Below are positions 55,723 to 64,000 of a stretch of DNA of 64,000 nucleotides, piece by piece. The notes below the pieces were generated by a model. The model was not told where the DNA came from. It was given only the letters and a program-made list of their open reading frames with translations, and made no database searches. Position 1 is the first letter of the stretch; each line of letters starts with the position of its first letter. Made by a program: the position numbers and the translations under genes. Source of the stretch: Auanema rhodensis (Eukaryota; Animalia; Nematoda). Where the stretch lies: positions 17,918,001-17,982,000 of the forward strand of contig OZ059895.1 in NCBI GenBank assembly GCA_964057225.1, read 5' to 3'.

Positions 55723-56105
55723 AGGTAATTTTTATACTTAACTAAAATACCTCCGCTAGTCATTGTCTCAATCAGACTCAAGTAACGTATAGGCAATAAA
55801 TAATGATAAATAATATCAATCTAAAGTAAATACAGCTTTTTTAAATTATTTACCGAAAAGCTAAGTTTCAGGCATGTTTTTAATTATGAATGAAGCAAAG
55901 TGTAACCCATTATCGGCTTCAAAAAATTATTCTATTTTATATATATATGTATATGTTCATTCTTGCACAAAATATTATAATAAGTATACATATACTAAAA
56001 AGTTTTTTAAGCTGTAAATTATTCATTTGGAAAAATTATTCTTGAAATATACAAATACAGAAAGAAAGGAATATCATATTTTCAAATTCAAAATTTAGCG
56101 TTTAT

Positions 56106-57021
56106 CTATAAACGACTTTCTGCTTCTGCTTCAACTTCAGCTTCTGGTTCGACATCAACTTCTGCTTCAACGTTAATTTCTGCGTCTGCTTGTGCATCTG
56201 CACCTGCATCTACATCTGGTTCTGGTTCTGCTTCTGGTTCTGCTTCTGGTTCTGGTTCTGCTTCTGCTTCTGCTTCTGCTTCTGCTTCTGCTTCAGCGTT
56301 AATTTCTGCTTCTGCTTCTGCTTCTGCTTCCACTTCTAGTGCAACTTCAGCTTCTAATTCATTCTCAGCTTCAATTAAATATTCGGCTTCTGCTTCAGCT
56401 TCGAGTAAATACTCGGCTTCAGCTTCTGCTTCAAGTAAGTATTCTGCTTCTGCTTCAGCTTCTAGTAAATACTCGGCTTCAGCTTCAGCTTCAAGTAAGT
56501 ATTCGGCCTCTGCTTCAGCTTCAAGCAAATATTCAGCCTCAGTAAGGTCTCCAACAGTGGCTTCCAGGTTGGCCTTTTCTTGAAGAATAGCTTCATATAA
56601 CGCGGGATCTACAACAATTATGTTTGGATGAGCGGGCCTCAAAAGCCCAGCCAGAAGTCCGGCCATGTTACCGTATGAACCTCCGATAGATCCTCCCGAA
56701 GATGCACCAAGTCCCAAAGATCCAAGAAGTCCCAAAGATCCACCAAGACCCAAAGCTGCTCCCAAAGAGCCACCCGCAGATCCACCTGCGGATCCACCGG
56801 CGGATCCACCTGCGGATCCACCGGCAGATCCACCCGCAGATCCTCCCAGAGATCCGCCAAGGGATCCACCTAAACTGAGAGAGAGAATACGAGCTCGATC
56901 AGCCTAAATTCGTTTGATATATAAGAATAAAAAAGAAAAAAGGACAACTTACGCTAGCTGCCAGGGCAACTGAGAAGATGACGGAAAAGATCAAAATTCG
57001 TTGAGAGGTATGTTTCATCAT
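56106..57021 (-). CDS. Secreted GGSA-repeat / EAEAEYLL-repeat acidic protein (gene C), 288 aa; exons 57021-56953, 56903-56106
   Basis: Signal-like exon MMKHTSQRILIFSVIFSVALAAS, 49-nt phase-0 intron, then ADRARILSLSLGGSLGG(SAGG)n in frame with the 219-aa ORF. Confidence 0.87.
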
Positions 57022-57065
57022 GTTAAGCTGAAAAATACAAACTTCGGTGCTCATATTCTGCTACT

Positions 57066-57092
57066 TCAGTTTATATACAACGGCTGTTATCT
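57066..57092 (-). promoter_or_regulatory. GATA site plus TATA box of gene C
   Basis: Minus strand AGATAACAGCCGTTGTATATAAACTGA, 45 nt upstream of the ATG. Confidence 0.65.
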
Positions 57093-58589
57093 GCATAATC
57101 TGTTTGATCTACATATCAATCTGAATTAATGAAAACAAAAAAAAACAATGTTTTCATTTCATATCAAGCTGCTATGAACAACAATAACCTCAAGGAGTAA
57201 AGCTTCTTTCAAATATTCATTCAACTGACCACTACAAGAAGCTCTAATGTAACATATAATGTTTGAAATTATTCTAGGATGAGTAGTATATGTGTTGTTT
57301 ATATTAACTATAGTTATTCATGAAATAGTGTTGATGATTTGCTCTTAAAGTTTCGACCATAGTATGCGTACTATGGACAATATGAGTAAAGACCCTTATA
57401 TTGAAGCACCTAATACACTATAATATTACATTCTATATTTTTGTTTGTTTTAAAAGTTCTGATTTTCAATATAAAATTAAGAGTACTAACTATATATTTT
57501 TACATGAATTAATTATTATATGAATGGAAGGAAGTATCGTTTTTGGTTTTTTTTGTTTCTTTTTTTTACTTTGTTTACATAACTAGATATAAGTATAGAG
57601 CAACAACAACATACTTTGAAACTGTGATTGTTTGAAAAAACGATTTAATTCCTTGTTCGTTTTTTTTCAATACGTCATACATATAATAGTAAAGTTTATT
57701 CTGATGAGGAAGTATTAATCAGATTATATTTTCAAGCGGTTTTTACTTAATTATTTTGAATATAATCATTACAGTTGAATATTATTTTAAATATTTCTCT
57801 TATAATCTTATACAATGAAAAAAAAAGTTTAATTTTAAAAAAATGTATTTCAACAAGATCATAGGGTTAACAACGTAGCGTTAAGTGAAGTATCATCATA
57901 TTAAACAAGTATTATCTAATTGTATTCCCCTTCAATTTAATTTTCTTCCTGTGCTGATTTCATCATATGATCAAAAAAAATCGCAGTTACTTCATACGAG
58001 TGAAAGAGTTCAAACTTGGATTAACAAAATGAAATATAGAAACAGCCAAGAGGAAAATACTCTGATATTACCTAGTATATTAAGTATTTATAATAAAAAT
58101 ATACATTTATATATTAATATATTTATATATATTTACTATATATACTACTAATTATCAGTATGAACTATGAAACTTGAGTCAAACATCAGATTATAACTGG
58201 AATATGGAATATATTTAGTTTAAGCAACTGTTCTGGGTTCCTAATTTTATTTTTAAAATTGCTCATTTATCTAATAATACTGATTACAATCATGTCCTGA
58301 TATATCGTTTCATTAAATGTTTCTGTGCTGACTGGATCTGATTGTTCACATTTTCATGTCGTTGCTTCATTCAACACGTATAAACATAGAATAAATAAAG
58401 TAAACTATTTATTTGCTTCATCCTCTAGTCTCATAACAGTATTTCTTTGAGTTACTTCTTTTGTCTACGTGTTTGTACCAAACGATATTTCAACACAGCA
58501 GATAAAATATATAAGTTTTATTTTTATTTGAATACATCACATCAGTGTTATGTACAGACAATGGAATCACTTGAATGTTTCAAATATTT

Positions 58590-59883
58590 TTAGAATCCGA
58601 GGACTGGGATTGTTAAACCACCGAAACCTCCAGCGGCTCCTCCAATCATACCTCCAGCAGTCATTTGAGCTCCGTTAACCATTCCTCCGGCGGCTCCAGC
58701 GGCTCCTCCAACCATACCTCCAGCAGCCATTTGAGCTCCGTTAACCATTCCTCCGGCGGCTCCAGCGGCTCCACCGACTACTCCACTGGCGGCCATATGA
58801 GCTCCGTTAACCATTCCTCCGGCGGCACCGGCTGCTCCACCAACTACTCCAGTGGCGGCCATGTGAGCTCCGTTAACCATTCCTCCGGCGGCTCCAGCGG
58901 CTCCACCGACTACTCCACTGGCGGCCATATGAGCTCCGTTAACCATTCCTCCGGCGGCTCCAGCTGCTCCGTTGACTACACCAGTGGCGGCCATGTGAGC
59001 TCCGTTAACCATTCCTCCAGCGGCTCCAGCAGCTCCATTGACAACTCCAGTAGCGGCCATATGAGCTCCGTTGACAATTCCTCCGGCGGCTCCAGCGGCT
59101 CCATTGACAATTCCTCCGGCAGCTCCAGCGGCTCCATTGACAATTCCTCCGGCGGCTCCAGCAGCTCCGTTTACAATTCCAGAGGCGGCTCCAGCGGCTC
59201 CGTTAACGATTCCTTGGGCAGCTTGTGCTAATCCTCCGATAATAGATCCTAATCCAAGATGAGCTCCCTTGACAATTCCTCCGGCGGCTCCAGCAGCTCC
59301 GTTGACAATTCCTCCGGCGGCTCCAGCAGCTCCGTTAACCACTCCGCTAGCGGCCATGTGAGCTCCATTGACCATTCCTCCGGCTGCGGTAGCAGCTCCG
59401 TTGACCATTCCTCCGGCAGCAGTAGCAGCTCCGTTGACCATTCCTCCGGCGGCTCCAGCAGCTCCGTTAACCATTCCGCTAGCGGCCATGTGAGCTCCAT
59501 TGACCATTCCTCCGGCGGCTCCAGCAGCTCCATTGACCATTCCTCCGGCTGCTCCAGCGGCTCCTCCAACCATTCCGGATGCCGCCATATGAGCTCCGTT
59601 GACCATTCCTCCGGCGGCTCCAGCGGCTCCTCCAACCATTCCTCCGGCGGCTCCAGCGGCTCCGTTAACCATTCCTCCAGCTGCACCTCCGCCTAACATT
59701 CCACCAAGCCCGAGAAGTGAGAGGAATCGAGCTCTTTTGATGAGCTCTACTTCTTGGCGAGAGGCATATCTAGCCTGAACATAGAAAAAATATGTTATTG
59801 AGGGTTATTGATACTTATATTACCTCAGTGGCTACAACAGCCATAATAAGAGCAAGTGCCAAGAGCAGGTGGCGACGGAACAT
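58590..59883 (-). CDS. Secreted Gly/Ala/Met-rich 11-mer repeat protein (gene D1), 414 aa; exons 59883-59824, 59774-58590
   Basis: Signal-like exon MFRRHLLLALALIMAVVATE, 49-nt phase-0 intron, ARYASRQEVELIKRARFLSLLGLGG, then about 30 GGMVNGAAGAA-type repeats, ending PVLGF*. Confidence 0.88.
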
Positions 59884-59930
59884 TTTGGTAAGTGACCAAA
59901 GAAATAATACTTATTTCCATTTTGGTCTCC

Positions 59931-59952
59931 TTATATATTTTGAACGTTATCA
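59931..59952 (-). promoter_or_regulatory. GATA site plus TATA box of gene D1 (copy at 62823-62844 for D2)
   Basis: Minus strand TGATAACGTTCAAAATATATAA. Confidence 0.55.
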
Positions 59953-60481
59953 CTGATTAGTTTTAATCCTGTTTATTGTACCTATTTGCTGATGAAATGT
60001 TTTTGCTTATTTAGGCCCTGCTTTCCGATTTTCTGATAATGTGACTTTGGTACTTCCTTGTCATTGTGTTAGGAGGTAGCGTTCTCACCTTCTACTATGC
60101 ACTGTAAGCAGAGAGACAAACTGATAACTCATAATCAGCTTAATGAATTACTGAAGTTTTTCACATATCAAATAACTCCATTGTATATGTTATATTTATT
60201 TTTTTATGTAAATTTTCTAAACCGCTGTTCCTTTAATTTAAAATGTTGTGAATCTTATTCAATCATGAAATAATTTAATGATGAGCATAAAAACCAGCGT
60301 ATTCGACTGTTCAACATAATTTACAATTTATTTTATGTATAGGATATCTCTCTAAACTTGTGAAATAAAGTAGTTGTGTTGGTACTTAAGTGCTCACACA
60401 CACGCGCATTATATAAGTTTTATTTTTATTTGAATACATCACATCAGTTCTATGTACAGTCTATGGACTGATATAAATATT

Positions 60482-60616
60482 TCAATTTTTATATTCGAAT
60501 CCTAGGGCTGAGGGGGTTAAACCACCGAATCAGAAAGCAGTACCAGCTATCATTACGCTCATGAGATCGGAGGCTACAGCGGCTCCATTGACAGCTGCTG
60601 AGCCAGCCATGTTAGC
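60482..60616 (-). pseudogene. Relic of the 3' end of a gene-D paralogue
   Basis: Minus strand reads ANMAGSAAVNGAAVASDLMSVMIAGTAF*FGGLTPSALGFEYKN* (compare FGGLTIPVLGF*). Adjacent 60410-60460 matches the gene D 3' UTR. Cut off at the duplication breakpoint 60617. Confidence 0.7.
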
Positions 60617-61481
60617 TATATTTCCAAGCGGTTTTTACTTAATTATTTTGAATATAATCATTACAGTTGAATATTATTTTAAATATTTCTCTTATAATCT
60701 TATACAATGAAAAAAAAAGTTTAATTTTAAAAAAATGTATTTCAACAAGATCATAGGGTTAACAACGTAGCGTTAAGTGAAGTATCATCATATTAAACAA
60801 GTATTATCTAATTGTATTCCCCTTCAATTTAATTTTCTTCCTGTGCTGATTTCATCATATGATCAAAAAAAATCGCAGTTACTTCATACGAGTGAAAGAG
60901 TTCAAACTTGGATTAACAAAATGAAATATAGAAACAGCCAAGAGGAAAATACTCTGATATTACCTAGTATATTAAGTATTTATAATAAAAATATACATTT
61001 ATATATTAATATATTTATATATATTTACTATATATACTACTAATTATCAGTATGAACTATGAAACTTGAGTCAAACATCAGATTATAACTGGAATATGGA
61101 ATATATTTAGTTTAAGCAACTGTTCTGGGTTCCTAATTTTATTTTTAAAATTGCTCATTTATCTAATAATACTGATTACAATCATGTCCTGATATATCGT
61201 TTCATTAAATGTTTCTGTGCTGACTGGATCTGATTGTTCACATTTTCATGTCGTTGCTTCATTCAACACGTATAAACATAGAATAAATAAAGTAAACTAT
61301 TTATTTGCTTCATCCTCTAGTCTCATAACAGTATTTCTTTGAGTTACTTCTTTTGTCTACGTGTTTGTACCAAACGATATTTCAACACAGCAGATAAAAT
61401 ATATAAGTTTTATTTTTATTTGAATACATCACATCAGTGTTATGTACAGACAATGGAATCACTTGAATGTTTCAAATATTT

Positions 61482-62775
61482 TTAGAATCCGAGGACTGGG
61501 ATTGTTAAACCACCGAAACCTCCAGCGGCTCCTCCAATCATACCTCCAGCAGTCATTTGAGCTCCGTTAACCATTCCTCCGGCGGCTCCAGCGGCTCCTC
61601 CAACCATACCTCCAGCAGCCATTTGAGCTCCGTTAACCATTCCTCCGGCGGCTCCAGCGGCTCCACCGACTACTCCACTGGCGGCCATATGAGCTCCGTT
61701 AACCATTCCTCCGGCGGCACCGGCTGCTCCACCAACTACTCCAGTGGCGGCCATGTGAGCTCCGTTAACCATTCCTCCGGCGGCTCCAGCGGCTCCACCG
61801 ACTACTCCACTGGCGGCCATATGAGCTCCGTTAACCATTCCTCCGGCGGCTCCAGCTGCTCCGTTGACTACACCAGTGGCGGCCATGTGAGCTCCGTTAA
61901 CCATTCCTCCGGCGGCTCCAGCAGCTCCATTGACAACTCCAGTAGCGGCCATATGAGCTCCGTTGACAATTCCTCCGGCGGCTCCAGCGGCTCCATTGAC
62001 AATTCCTCCGGCAGCTCCAGCGGCTCCATTGACAATTCCTCCGGCGGCTCCAGCAGCTCCGTTTACAATTCCAGAGGCGGCTCCAGCGGCTCCGTTAACG
62101 ATTCCTTGGGCAGCTTGTGCTAATCCTCCGATAATAGATCCTAATCCAAGATGAGCTCCCTTGACAATTCCTCCGGCGGCTCCAGCAGCTCCGTTGACAA
62201 TTCCTCCGGCGGCTCCAGCAGCTCCGTTAACCACTCCGCTAGCGGCCATGTGAGCTCCATTGACCATTCCTCCGGCTGCGGTAGCAGCTCCGTTGACCAT
62301 TCCTCCGGCAGCAGTAGCAGCTCCGTTGACCATTCCTCCGGCGGCTCCAGCAGCTCCGTTAACCATTCCGCTAGCGGCCATGTGAGCTCCATTGACCATT
62401 CCTCCGGCGGCTCCAGCAGCTCCATTGACCATTCCTCCGGCTGCTCCAGCGGCTCCTCCAACCATTCCGGATGCCGCCATATGAGCTCCGTTGACCATTC
62501 CTCCGGCGGCTCCAGCGGCTCCTCCAACCATTCCTCCGGCGGCTCCAGCGGCTCCGTTAACCATTCCTCCAGCTGCACCTCCGCCTAACATTCCACCAAG
62601 CCCGAGAAGTGAGAGGAATCGAGCTCTTTTGATGAGCTCTACTTCTTGGCGAGAGGCATATCTAGCCTGAACATAGAAAAAATATGTTATTGAGGGTTAT
62701 TGATACTTATATTACCTCAGTGGCTACAACAGCCATAATAAGAGCAAGTGCCAAGAGCAGGTGGCGACGGAACAT
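61482..62775 (-). CDS. Second copy of the 11-mer repeat protein (gene D2), 414 aa; exons 62775-62716, 62666-61482
   Basis: Offset 2892 from D1; identical translated protein. Confidence 0.86.
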
Positions 62776-63718
62776 TTTGGTAAGTGACCAAAGAAATAAT
62801 ACTTATTTCCATTTTGGTCTCCTTATATATTTTGAACGTTATCACTGATTAGTTTTAATCCTGTTTATTGTACCTATTTGCTGATGAAATGTTTTTGCTT
62901 TAGTGATACTTCCTGTGGCTCTCTTAATTGTGTTCCATAGGTTCATTCAAACTCACATTCTTTACCAACAATACAGTATGGGCTTCACATTTATTCATCG
63001 CAACGATTGTATAAATCCCAAAAATAAAACATATCTGCGACCTGAATGTACAACTTGTATAAGCTTTGTTCAAAAATCGTAATACAATTACGTGAGCTCT
63101 GCCTAAATTGGACTTCATCACATTATGTAATTCATTGAATAAATATTTCTCCAGTTAACTAATGCTTGTAAGCTTTGTACTAAGTTCAGTTGGGATTTTG
63201 GAAAAAATAGTTTTTATTGGAGTGTATTTTTTGGCGGAAACTTGAATGAGTACTTCAAAACATTAATTTATTCATCCTTAATCAATTCTAACTGATTCCG
63301 TAAACAAATTACCTTTCAAATTCTTCTCAATTACAAGTTAGCTACTTAACAATTCGTATTTCTTCCTTATCGTGTTGGGAGGTAGCGTTCTCACCTTCTA
63401 CTATGCACTGTAAGCAGAGAGACAAACTGATAACTCATAATCAGCTTAATGAATTACTGAAGTTTTTCACATATCAAATAACTCCATTGTATATGTTATA
63501 TTTATTTTTTTATGTAAATTTTCTAAACCGCTGTTCCTTTAATTTAAAATGTTGTGAATCTTATTCAATCATGAAATAATTTAATGATGAGCATGCTGTT
63601 AGAAAAATAATTTAAAAAACTTAAATAAATAAAATAAGATTTATTTTTCATGTTACATTCATATTGTAATTTATGTACAGAAAAATATTGGTATCAAAGA
63701 AAGGGGTTTGTTATTTTC

Positions 63719-64000
63719 TTAGAATCCGAGAGAAGCGGATCCTTTACCACCGGCTCCAGCCTTAACTCCAACTCCGACTCCAACTCCAACATCTGCCTTG
63801 ATTGATCCAATACCTTTAAGGACATTACCAAGTCCATTAACAACTCCAGCTGTTCCTTTAAGGGCGCCTGCAACAGCTCCTCCAACTCCAGCTCCAATGC
63901 CTCCAACAACATTGCCAGCACCGTCAACTACTCCTTTAACAGCTCCGCCAACTCCAGCACCAACACCTCCGAGAAGGCCACCAACAACGTTGATTGCTCC
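63719..64000 (-). CDS. C-terminal 93 aa of another Gly/Val/Ala-rich family member (gene E), partial at the window edge
   Basis: Open frame GAINVVGGLLGGVGAGVGGAVKGVVDGAGNVVGG...KAGAGGKGSASLGF*. Ends LGF* like gene D and shares TATGTACAG in the 3' flank. The ORF track shows the wrong frame here. Confidence 0.8.
   Translation of the reverse strand, partial: GAINVVGGLLGGVGAGVGGAVKGVVDGAGNVVGGIGAGVGGAVAGALKGTAGVVNGLGNVLKGIGSIKADVGVGVGVGVKAGAGGKGSASLGF

Larger units (their letters stand above)
57725..62900. repeat. Direct segmental duplication 57725-60008 / 60617-62900 (plus a second block 60072-60288 / 63378-63594)
   Basis: Near-identical sequence at offset 2892; second block at offset 3306. Confidence 0.93.

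Noticed and set aside
57885-58151. 88-aa ORF (copy at 60777-61043)
   Set aside because: GTG start and AT-rich low-complexity end; identity between copies is explained by the recent duplication.
58665-62588. Ser-rich and Pro/Ala-rich plus-strand ORFs and the Glu/Trp-rich alternate frame over genes D1/D2 (similar shadows over B, C and E)
   Set aside because: Shadow frames of the repetitive Gly/Ala coding strand; only the Gly/Ala frame joins a signal exon and promoter.
50392-64000. Collagen or PE-PGRS assignment for the Gly-rich proteins
   Set aside because: No Gly-X-Y triplet register or collagen Cys motifs; spliced eukaryotic genes without a PE domain.

Overview
Eukaryotic, AT-rich DNA, most likely nematode (TTTTCAG acceptors, 47-67 nt introns, a ces-2-like bZIP gene). 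The window has two very different halves. (1) 1-42.4 kb is almost all tandem repeat. A 234-bp unit, each copy carrying an intact tRNA-Thr(TGT) gene and a Pol III terminator, occurs as about 110 full-length copies in higher-order repeats. This array is interrupted by a 345-bp solo LTR with CG...CG ends, by a truncated 2.3-kb copy of the same LTR element, and by a 13.2-kb array of a 200-bp satellite. The satellite shares collinear motifs with the tRNA unit. (2) 42.4-64 kb is mostly unique and genic. It holds a 5-exon PAR-bZIP gene (ces-2-like), a small 5-exon gene with an MGC N-terminus that the ORF track misses, and a cluster of secreted low-complexity proteins (five complete two-exon genes, one partial, one pseudogene relic). 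The complete cluster genes share gene architecture and a GATA+TATA promoter module, and most carry an R-x-R|(I/F)L motif. The hundreds of 60-83 aa ORFs across 1-42 kb are repeat artefacts. All coordinates, copy counts and translations were derived by eye; no searches were run.
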